Under the pieces are notes generated by a model, which saw nothing but the letters and a program-made list of their open reading frames with translations, searched no databases and had not been told where the DNA came from. A stretch of DNA of 64,000 nucleotides from Rhizophagus irregularis (taxonomy: Eukaryota), in NCBI RefSeq assembly GCF_026210795.1, contig NC_089434.1, forward strand, positions 5,022,001 through 5,086,000, written 5' to 3'. Every line of letters begins with the position of its first letter. Within the stretch, counting starts at the first letter, position 1. A program made the position numbers and the translations under genes. Of the stretch, positions 13,099 through 24,123 are shown piece by piece.

Positions 13099-14639
13099 AA
13101 TCATAACTAAGAATTTATTAATTCATCAGCGTGAAGTTTTTTTTTCCCAATAATAATTGTTTTTTCTCATGTCGTCCTATAATTTCCCTTTAACCATTTT
13201 TGTGAATAGTTAAATATTCTCTTCAAAGTAACAAGATCACTTACAATAATACAGTTTTGTATCATTCTTTTTGATAAATGAATTATTTTCGATTAAAACC
13301 TATGAAAATATTCAATTATACTTCGTTTTCGATAACATTCATAGCATTCTCCTAATCAACATTTCGTTGTGAAACAAATTTTATTTATTTATTTTTTTAT
13401 TTTTTCTTATTTAATTTTGCTCAATCTTTGTGAATCAAAAGTGAATCAAAACATTGTTTCTTCTGGAATAGATCATGTAGTGCAGTGAAAGAATGAGCAT
13501 TAAACAAACGATCACTGTCATTTACAAAGCTTTGAATACATTATGCAGGTGAAAGTTTAATCACACAATTGAATCATCAAGATTTTCATTTCGTTACGTT
13601 GAATCAGGATTTGATAAAATAAATAAATAAATAAATCAATAAACCATATATTATAAAATAAACACAAACAATAAAACCTGTATATATGAATTTTATATTA
13701 TGAATTTTATATACTGAGCCTTATTAATTCTATTAATTCTATCAACTTTATTAATTTTATTAAATTAAATTAAACTGAATTATAATTCAAAGACCTTTAA
13801 GTTGAAATTACTGAATCCCATCAGGTGATTTAATTTAATTTAGTTTAATTTGAATTTAACAATACTACTTTCATTTATTTTCTAATAATTACCTCTTCTA
13901 TTTATTATAATAATTTTTTTTAAATAAAAATAAAGGTTTAGTTTTATTTTTTTTATTTTTTATCTTTATTTTGTTTTTATAATTATTATTTTTATGGTTT
14001 TTTTTTATTTTTTTTATATAAAATTGATAATCCTTTTTAAAAGTTTTTTTTTAAAATTCTACTTTAATATTTAACCTATTAGTAAATTTTATATAATTAT
14101 ATGATATAATTTTGCCCAAATTTTCAAAATAAACGTCGTCTGTATCACGTGGCGTTACTCAAATCCAAAAAAGGAAATTGTGTTTCCCCGTAAAAAATGT
14201 GACTAAATTGGGTTATCCCATGTTACACAAAATTCAAAAAAAGGAAATTTTACGTCGATTTCATAATTCCGCCCGGAATTATCTCATTTTCTGTAAAATA
14301 CATTTTGTAACGCGTTTGCTTATCTATTATGTTACACGATATACAATTGTAATTTGTTTAATTGTTTACCAATGATCTTTTTTTTTAGACACGTATTTTT
14401 CTTTTATTTTTTCTCAATTTTTTTTTGAAATGTCGTTAATGCTACTCTTTACTTTGTTTTTTGTTGTTTATTTACTACTTTTTTGAAATGATATTACTGA
14501 CACTTTCTTTTCTTTTTCTTTACTTTTTTTATGAACTATTATTTCATTATTATTACTAGTTTTTTTTCCTTTTCTTCCTTTTCTTGATGCTTTGCTTTAT
14601 TTTTGTGGTCTCCTTTCATGCTATTTTGTTTTTTCATGG

Positions 14640-15390
14640 GGTATTTGTTTCATTTTCGTAGTGTATTTTGGTGTATTTAACTTATTTTTGTGGTGTATTT
14701 ATCTCTGTATTTGCTTATTTTTGTGGTGTATTTGTGTTCTATTTAACTCATTTTCGTGATGTATTTGTTATGTATTTAACTTATTTTTGTGGTGTATTTA
14801 TCTCATTTTTATGGTGTATTTGTGGTATATTTATCTCTGTATTTACTTATTTTTGTGGTGTATTTGTGGCCTATTTGACTTATTTTATGGTGTATTTGTG
14901 GTACTTTTGTGGTGTATTTATCTCTGTATTTGCTTATTTTTGTGGTGTATTTGTGTTCTATTTAACTTATTTTCGTGGTGTATTTGTCTTATTTTTGTGG
15001 TCTACTTAACTCATTTCGTGGTGTATTTGTGTTCTATTTAACTCATTTTCGTGATGTATTTTTGTGGTGTATTCGTAACTCATTTCGTGGTGTATTTGTG
15101 GTCTATTTAACTCATTTTATGGTGTAGTTGTGGTGTATTTGTGGTGTATTTGTGGTACTTTTGTGGTGTATTTGTGGTTACTTTTGTGGTGTATTTGTGG
15201 TACTTTTTGTGGTGTATTTGTGGTACTTTTGTGGTACTTTTTGTGGTGTATTTGTGGTATTTTTGTGGTATTTTTGTGGTATATTGTATTTGTGGTATTT
15301 TTGTGATGTATTTATCTCTGTATTTGCTTATTTGTGGTGTATTTGTGGTCTATTTGACTCATTTTTGTGATGTATTTGTGGTACTTATTT
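14640..15390. repeat. GT-rich low-complexity satellite, (TTTGTGGTGTA)n-like 11-12-bp units
   Basis: Dozens of TGTGGTGTATT/TGTGGTACTTT variants with higher-order blocks (ATCTCTGTATTTGCTTA, CTATTTAACTCA). Confidence 0.9.
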
Positions 15391-16096
15391 ATCCACTTTT
15401 GTATTATATATATTTAAAAATTAATAAAATTTTTATTTTTGAATTTTTCTAACTATTATTGGGATGGTTATCACTAGTGCTTCGATCTGAATGGGATTTT
15501 AATGGATCAATCCGAGTTGGATATTAGTTTGGCCAAAATTAATAAAATTTGTAGAAGAATAATTTTTTTAAATCTGACAAAAATTATAGTTTGACAAAAA
15601 TAATAGAAAAATGTTGTGATGTTAATTAACAGATCAATCAATCCGGATTGATGCATTAGTTATCACTGGTGACTGAAATTATAATGATTGATTAGCATTA
15701 AAAAAATATAGTGCCAGTTAAAAATAACAAATCCTTTTACTAACAGATTAAATACTCAAGATAGGATAAATAATATTATATTTAAAGAAGAATAATTTAC
15801 TAGATTCACAGAAAAATTAAATTGTAGTACTTAATAATATTTTATTTGAATTGGATTCAATAAATCTAAAAACTTATTAAATGAAAATCTTATTTTATTA
15901 AAATACCATAATAAAATGTATATATTAACTAATTAGCAACAACTGGTAATATAGTTGGACTTATAAAAAGACAAAAATATTATTAACAATATTATAATAG
16001 ACCTAGTAACAACATAACTAATTTTATTTTAAATCAATTCTGAAAGAAAAAGGGAATAGTTAATATAAAAAAAAAATCAAACTAATAGATATAGTC

Positions 16097-16232
16097 GGGG
16101 TCTTCACAAAAAACGTGATTGAGATTGAGATTGAAATTTAGTATAGAATTTCAATCTTACTAACATATTAAAATTGAAAATTCTATATGAAATCACAATC
16201 TCAATCTCAATCACGTTTTTTGTGAAGACCCC
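16097..16232. mobile_element. Palindromic MITE, 136 bp
   Basis: GGGGTCTTCACAAAAAACGTGATTGAGATTGAGATTG ... CAATCTCAATCTCAATCACGTTTTTTGTGAAGACCCC, 37-bp perfect TIR; TSD ambiguous. Confidence 0.85.
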
Positions 16233-16479
16233 AGTATTATTTATTTTATTTTACTTTTATTTTTATTTGTATTTTAATGATTGCATCTTACTGGATGGAT
16301 ATTTATAATAATTTGTTTGTATAATATATAAACTTAATATTAATTAAGCATATATAAATCATTAAAAAAAAAAATAATAAATAATTATTGAAAATTTTTG
16401 GTAATATAATTTTATATTACTAATAATTAAAAATACTTATTTATTTAATATAATAAACTTATAAGTTTTTGCATAATAA

Positions 16480-16757
16480 GGCCATTCCAAATTAATAATT
16501 AGTTTAACGTTCTTTCCAGCCAAAAATTTTGAGGGGAGAGGAGGAGATAGTTTAAACAAACATGAAAATTAAACATATTAAAAATTTTGGAAATTTTTGG
16601 TAAAATCAGAAATTCTCAGTACTATTAAATTTTAGTAAAGGAAGGGTGTTTTAAGCATATTTAAACATATTAAACATATATATTTAAATCACTCTTAAAT
16701 TTTTTAAAAATAGAGGGTAGAGGAAGACGTTAAACTAAAGATTAAATTGGAACGGCC
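16480..16757. mobile_element. MITE with GGCC termini and TAA TSD (Zator- or PIF/Harbinger-type)
   Basis: TAA|GGCCATTCCAAATTAATAATTAGTTTAACGT ... ACGTTAAACTAAAGATTAAATTGGAACGGCC|TAA. Confidence 0.85.
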
Positions 16758-16849
16758 TAATAGTAGATAATAATATTATATTAATATTGTAAATGTATTT
16801 TTTTATTTTTATTAATACAATTAAACTTCTATAATTGAAACTATAATCA

Positions 16850-17510
16850 TACATTGCTGGCTGACTTCAAGAATTTAGAAATGAAATAAAATTTATCAAG
16901 AAAAGCTTTATAAAAAAGCAACATCTTCTGATTAAATTATTATTGATAAAGTTTTACCATTATTATATATTAAATGTCAAGTTATTCTTTTAAATATAAA
17001 TGAAACAGGGCTTTTTTACTGGTATGTTTTTATATTTTGTTTAATATTATATTAGCAATAATTAAATAAGGAATACTTTTTTTATAAATTAAAACTATAT
17101 CAAATACTAACTACAAAATATATTTCTGAATGAAAAAAAATAAATAATGTCTCCCAATTATTTATATATAAATGCTAATGAGTTGCATAAGCTGAGTTCT
17201 CCCAGTAAATAGTTTTTGTATAAATTTGTACTAAATGGGCTCATCCATATATAATTGGCTCTAGATTGGCTTAAATTTGGATTATTTTTTGCATAAATTT
17301 GAGCTAATTTCGAGCCAATGAGCCCGTTTGGTATAAATTTATACAAAAACTATTTACTGGGTCTTTAATAATTGAAAAATTTGCAAGTCTGTTTTAAAAA
17401 TATTAATTTTAATAATTTGCCAATAATATATCAAAATAATAATAAGACTTGAATGACTATTATTTTTTTTCAAGAGTAGCTTAAAAAATTTGATTATCAA
17501 GTAACTTAAA
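16850..17510 (+). pseudogene. Ancient pogo/Tigger transposase relic, interrupted by a MITE
   Basis: Eroded equivalents of NADETGLF (NINETGLF ~16993), NA..HKL, FKNIN..NLPIIYQNNNKT*MT. Confidence 0.55.
17201..17361. mobile_element. MITE with CCCAG termini and 3-bp TSD (CACTA/EnSpm-like)
   Basis: TCT|CCCAGTAAATAGTTTTTGTATAAATTT ... AAATTTATACAAAAACTATTTACTGGG|TCT; near-palindromic over its whole length. Confidence 0.88.
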
Positions 17511-17820
17511 AGCATAAAGATCAATATTATCATAAATGTTTATCAAAGTATTTATTAAATATTTATAAACAATACTTATTGAATATAAGATGTATTGAAA
17601 AAGTATTTATAAATATTAATAAATAATAAAATATTGCAGTATTTAAGAATTTAAATATTTATTTTTTTATTACTTAATAGATGCAAATTTTTCATACTTA
17701 TTAAATACTCTATTTTAAACTTCATGGTGATATTTTGCTACCATCAAAATATTAATAAAACATAAATAAATTTATTGATAAAAAACAGAAATTTTAATGT
17801 ATTAAATAATGTAGTAATTA

Positions 17821-20800
17821 GGCCGGACAAATTAAATTTTATGTTTCTCATTTTTCAAATCAAATGACTTGACCCGGAAGGCCGGTTTTTTTTTATAATT
17901 TATAGTTTTTTTTATGCAATTTTATTGGTCCAAAACATATTATTAATAATTTTTTGTCAATAAAAATGGGCGTACAAAATACTTATAAAAGATATCAGAT
18001 GTTCTATGATCCTTCCATTTTAATACATAGATGAACGTGGTATTAACGGTCCAAAAATATATAAAAAACCGCAGTTTTCACAGGTTCCGCAGGACCCTGA
18101 AGAATACATATACAACTCAGATCCAGATCCAAAATTTTAATATAACTTTATACACCTAATTTTATTAGAAGCTTTATACAAAATCATCACATAAGTTCAA
18201 ATTTTATTATAAATTATACAATTATAAATCTGAGTTTATATAAAAAAAAAATTTTTAAAGAAAAATTTCAAATAAATTTTATTGAAAATTTTAATAAATA
18301 TTATTAAAAGACTATTTCTATTTGTACACTACGTGTGTGAACACGGGTCACATGATTATTATCATTTTCGGTGATCTGCATAAAAAATTTCCTATTTTGG
18401 AAATTTGTGTAACGAATTTTCATTTTTACGGAGAAACAAAATTGCCTTTTTTGGGTTGTGTAACGTTACTCTAATATCCAAAATTGGAAATTATGGTAAT
18501 TTTTGGCTGGAATTATAAAATTTGGCTGAAATTAGTAGACGTGACATATAATATGTGACAAATAAGGGTTTTCCTACTGAAAAAATTCTAAGTCCCTAGA
18601 ATAAATAGTAAAAATGGAAAACTATAGGGGTGTGACATGGGTGACAAATTATTGTCACGTGATCCGTGTTTCGTACACTAGTGTATATTAAGAAATTATC
18701 TTATTAAAAATTCTAACAAATACTTAAAAATTTTTTTTAAAAAAAATTATTAAAAAATAACTTAAATAAAATTTTTAAACAAAATTGCATGTTAAAATTT
18801 TAAATACCTTATAGATATTGATGCCCAATATGTATAATATAGTAAGTTTTATGCAAAAATTTGGGTGTATATTACAAAATAAAAGAAAATACATTTTGTT
18901 ATATATCTCACCACCCAGTGATCGTAAAAAGATGAAACACAGCTCGTTGGATTCGTCTTGACAAGACGAATCGAATGGTAGTAGTTTCGTGTTTCTAGGT
19001 GTGATAGATGTTGAGCTATACCACACATCGGCACTTTGTATTTTCGTCTACTGTGCATTTTTACATTTTATCACATAACTCGGCATCTATCGCGCCTAGA
19101 AATATGAAACTACCACCATTCGACTCGTTGTATTGAGGCGAATCTAATAAGCTGTGTTTCATTTCTCTATGATCACTAGATGCCGAGATATGTAATAAAA
19201 TGTATTTTTTTTTTAATTTTGTAAATGAATTTTAAAAAAATTTCTTCATTTTTATTAAAAAAATGTCTTAAAACGAACCTTTAAAAACTTCTTAAACAAA
19301 AAACAATTTCTATTAAAAAATATTTCAAGTGTTTTTTAAAACAAATAAAAAAACTCTTTTTTAAAAAATATCTTAAAAATTTCTTAAACAAAAAATAAAA
19401 AAAAACTAAAAAATTTTAAACGTATATAAAAAAAATTCTAATATCCGTTATACAAAATGAAAATCTTACTTATTGTAAAAATCATTATTGTTATACAAAT
19501 AAAAATCTGACTTTTTGCGTAACTGCTATTTGGTTATACAATTTCAAACATATGACTTATTAAGAAATTACATAGTAAGTTTATACAAAATTGGATCCCA
19601 GTATTATATGTATTCTTCGGGGTCCTGGTTCCGCAGATTCTGCAGTTTTTTTTTAAAAATGGGCGTAATCAACATTTCTATAAAAAAAGGTCAAAAACAA
19701 ATATATGGATGAATGATCCATCTATTTAGTGTTACGGATAAACGTACAATTGAACAATTCTACAATGATTTACCTTTAGGCATTTTATTTGAAGAAAATC
19801 GAGAGTTGGAAGTTAAAGTTTTTTTGGGAGACAATATTCGTGATATCTCTAATGGAGTAGCTTTAAATTGTCCAATTGCTGATACTACCAAGAGTTTTGG
19901 TGAATGTATTGAACTCCGGTTGCAAGATATACCTACTATACAACCGTCAGCTGGAAAAAATGCTTTTAATATTTTATTACAAGAATCAAGTCAGCTTTAT
20001 TTACCAAATATGAAGGAGAATGGTAATGAAAAAGAGTGTATGAAATTTAATTTTGTTAATTATTTTCAAGAAAATAATGCAGGATGGGTTGGAAAGGATA
20101 CTGCTGAAAGTCTTGGACGTGAATTCATTAAACATATAATGGAAGCAATTTGGTATATTGATATGTGTGGTGTTAAAAAATTTAAAGATCGAGGATATAG
20201 CATTCCTACATCACTGAGTATTTTTTTTGAATATGCTAATCCAGCATACAAAAAAAAAAGACCTGATTTTAAAAAAAAAGTATTAAATGGGCATATAAGT
20301 AATTTAATAACTTATAAAGAAGCAAAATGGTTTAACAAATCCTCATTTAATTGGTTTAAAAAAACATTTATTGAGTTTTTAGATTCTTTAATATCATACG
20401 TATTGTATTTAGATAATCAGGCAAGGGTTATGAACGAAAATCATGCTTTGGATAAGCCAGTCCGCTCTATTGCAGGTTTATGAACAACTACAATTTATAA
20501 TGCTAATAAATTTCGCTCAGGGAGATATTATAAAAAAATATGAACCATTGGTTGATGTTTTACAAAAATTGGAAGATTGGGTTCCATTAGATATATTATC
20601 ATATTGTTTAGACAATCCTACGTAAGTAATTGATTTACTAAATAGTTAATAGAAATTTTCAATAAAAATTAATATACAATTAATTTTGTAGCAAACGATA
20701 TGTTTATCTTAATGGTTTTGAAAAAGCATTTCCTTTTAAAGTTGGTCATTATTCTTTCAATTTTGGCAATAATTCATTCAATGTTACTTGGGTATGGAAA

Positions 20801-23429
20801 GTTAATATATGTGTATCGAGAATCAGAAAGAATGAATGAATCACAAAAGCTTACTTCCGGTCTTGAAGAATTGGTACCACAATATCTTTCCAGGAAACAA
20901 AAATATGCATTTATTAATTCTGCTGAAACCCTTCTTGGCGCAAATACAGTAAAAAAATCAATCCTTCGAAATATCTACAAGACACTTACACAGGATAGTA
21001 CTGCAGCTAATTGTGAAAATGAAGCAGAGATTGATGCACGTGTAGTAAAAGCATTACATTTGGGTGATTCAAACATTATAATTGATTTACGTGAATTAAA
21101 CCTTGGTCGACCAGAAAAATATAATGTTTTTTGGGAATATTGTCAAAAATTTTTAGATGGTGCAGTAAAAAACTCAGTGGATTCTCTATTAGCTGTTGAT
21201 AAATGACGTCATGATACAATTGTTCATTTAGCAAAAGCAATTTCAGTTAAAGTTTTACGTATTCAAGTAGCTGCAATTTGTCCAGATGATACACCAATAC
21301 CTCATGAACAATGGATTCGTCTTCAATTCTGGCCAAAAAACCCCAAAATAATACAAGCCTCCAATATACAGGCCGCTTACAAGTAAAATTTATGGTGCAA
21401 ATTCGCCAACTACAAATTGAGCATGAAGATGCTCATTATGCATCTGCATTATTTAGATATCTTAAAGAACTGGCTGTTATACTTTCAGGCTTTAGCTGGT
21501 TGGTATTTCTTGATGATAAACATCGTTGTAAAGTTGGAGAGCCAGGATTTCCTGTGGCTGCAGTGGATAGAGGCAGATCTGTCTTGGTTTCTCAAGAGGA
21601 AAGTTTTGTGAAGCAGATCATGATTTTACGAAAACTGGTCTTATTCCTAGTGTTACAATGTTATGTGATATTCCATCTGATATGAAAGGTTCATTTTATC
21701 GTGGGCAAGTTAATATTGGGTTAAAAGATCCTATTTTTGAATCAAGTACACCTATGCGTCATGCTGCAGAATTATATGATATTCTTATAAATTCACAACA
21801 AGGACATCACTACTTGTTAGTTTATACAGATGGTGGTAGTGACCATCAATTAAGATTTCTTCAAGTTCAACTTTCATGGATATGTCTATTTTTAGCTTTA
21901 GATTTAGACTATTTTGTAGCAGTTAGAACTCCTCCTGGACATTCCTGAAAGAATCCTGTAGAAAGAATTATGTCCATTTTGAATCTGGGTTTACAATCAG
22001 TAGGATTGATGCGTCAAGAAATGGGACAGGAATTTGAACATTTAATTGAAGGATGTAATACTATGGAAGCAATACGTGAAGCTGCAATAAAGGAACCAAG
22101 ATTAAAGAAAGAGTTGAAGCAAAGCCTACAACCCACAATTGGTTTAGTTAATACAATTTTTTAACGGCAATTACTAAAAGATGAGCCATTTAAAACATTT
22201 GATGCTGCAACGGAACAGGAAATTGACAATTTGTGGGAATCAATTTTACAATTGGATCCTGATTTAAATAAAGATACTACTAGACAATTTAAGCATGTTA
22301 AAAATATGGTAAATATTTAATTTATTGACATATTAAAAATTTATAAACATAATTACTAATTTTATTCTTATATTTTACAGTCAAAATTTAATGAATTTTA
22401 CGATCATTGTTGCTGAAAACGCCACTATTTCTTTGAAATAAAAAAGTGTGGTAATGAGTTTTGCGAAATTTGTCAGCCACTTTCTGGGGATAAACAAATG
22501 TTTGAAAAATTAGCCAATTTTCCTGATCCAGTGCCCGGTAATAAAAATCACTACATGTCATTTAAAGAAATATATGGAAAGGAAACTAATGAAAAGCACC
22601 GACCATCACTCAAAAGCAAATCTAATAATAATACCACTAATTCTAATGATTTACAATTAAAACCAACACAACAATATGTTCGTAATGTGGGTCAATGTGT
22701 TTTGTGTATTAAATGCAATAGACCAAGAGTTTTATATTCTAAATGTAAAGTCAAACAGGAGATGATTCGAAAGTTGCATTCATTTTTAGAGACTGTTGAT
22801 TATAGTTGTGGTGCTACTTTTGTGGATCTTACGGATTTATCTTTTGCTATAAACTCAAAAGCAAGAGAAAATTTGAATACAAATAGGGAAGGTACAAGCA
22901 ATACGGAACAAAATCAAGAAAACGAAATGGTTAGAGATTTGTTTAAAGATATTTTTGTAAATGCAAAGTTGAGTTGTCAACAGGAAATGGAAAGAACTTA
23001 TTACTCTACCAAATGTTTCATGGCAGTATGCTTTAATTGTGGCATTGCTGACATTGAAATTCCAAGTAGCAATGATACCTATCCATACTGTAATGAATGT
23101 GAGATAGGTCCCGGATTTAAGCGAAAACGTGAAAAAGGTTTAAAGTTTGGCGGTGAAGAACATTAAAAGAAAAAAGCCAAAAAAGCTTAGCCAAACGGTA
23201 TATCTATGTCACAAAATTAAGATTAATGCAAATTTATATATAGTAATTACAGTGCAATTTTTGTAATTGATATTTTGCGTATTTGATATTAATATAATAT
23301 AAATATTAACCTGCTTCATAAAATTTTATTAGTATATTGATCACGTGATAAAAATAATAAAATTTTCGAGTTTTCAGATTTGAATCACACGGCCGGTGAT
23401 GAGAAACATGTAATTTTATTTGTCTCGCC
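17821..23429 (+). mobile_element. Zator-like DNA transposon, ~5.6 kb
   Basis: Imperfect 31-bp TIRs (GGCCGGACAAATTAAATTTTATGTTTCTCAT vs rc GGCGAGACAAATAAAATTACATGTTTCTCAT, 26/31) with GG termini, enclosing a DDE transposase; TSD not clean. Confidence 0.75.
19659..23190 (+). pseudogene. Zator-like DD43E transposase pseudogene, introns 20622-20691 and 22309-22380
   Basis: FLDDKHRCKVGEPG, ADHDFTK..LIPSV, YTDGGSDH, RTPPGHS*KNPVERIMS (43 aa between second D and E); C-terminal Cys clusters; at least 6 in-frame stops plus frameshifts. Confidence 0.75.
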
Positions 23430-24123
23430 AATATTACTATTTAAATATTGAGCAATCTGTTAATTATTTAAGCATTATTTATTAAATATCTTGTTTATTA
23501 GATCAAATAATTTCATTAATGATTATTTTGTTGTTCAACATTTTGTTAGCAAATTTTATATTTATAAAAAAATTTTTCTGTTATTTATTTTGTAAATATA
23601 TTTTTAATATAAATATTAAGAAATTATTAGTTTAAGAAAATATTTTTTTTATAAATTTACCATTTACATTTATAAATGGCTTATGTTTTATATCTAATTA
23701 CATTATATTTTTTAAAACATAAATAAATTTATAAAATACTTGTTAGATTTACCAAATTACTAAAAATGGTAATAATTTTAAAATACTACTAAAATATATT
23801 TTAATACATCAAAATATTTTTATTATACTTTTATTATTATTTTGTAATTATATTGTATTTAAATCTATAAAAATAACTTAAAATAATATCACAATAATTT
23901 TTTAATGCTTTTATTTCAAAAATATCTTTAAATATATTTTGATATATTTTAAAATGATAATTATATTTTAACGCGCGTGCGTTATAACGCTAGTACCACA
24001 ATTTCATGTGATCTGATATCATAATTATATCATTTAAAATCATCAGTGATGTAATCATATTTATCAATAGTTTCTTCCAAACACCCCATTTGTTTTCAAA
24101 TCAAACTAATACACACTAATAAA

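Noticed and set aside
14668..15452. Four hydrophobic ORFs that look like membrane proteins
   Set aside because: Overlapping frames produced by the TG-rich satellite.
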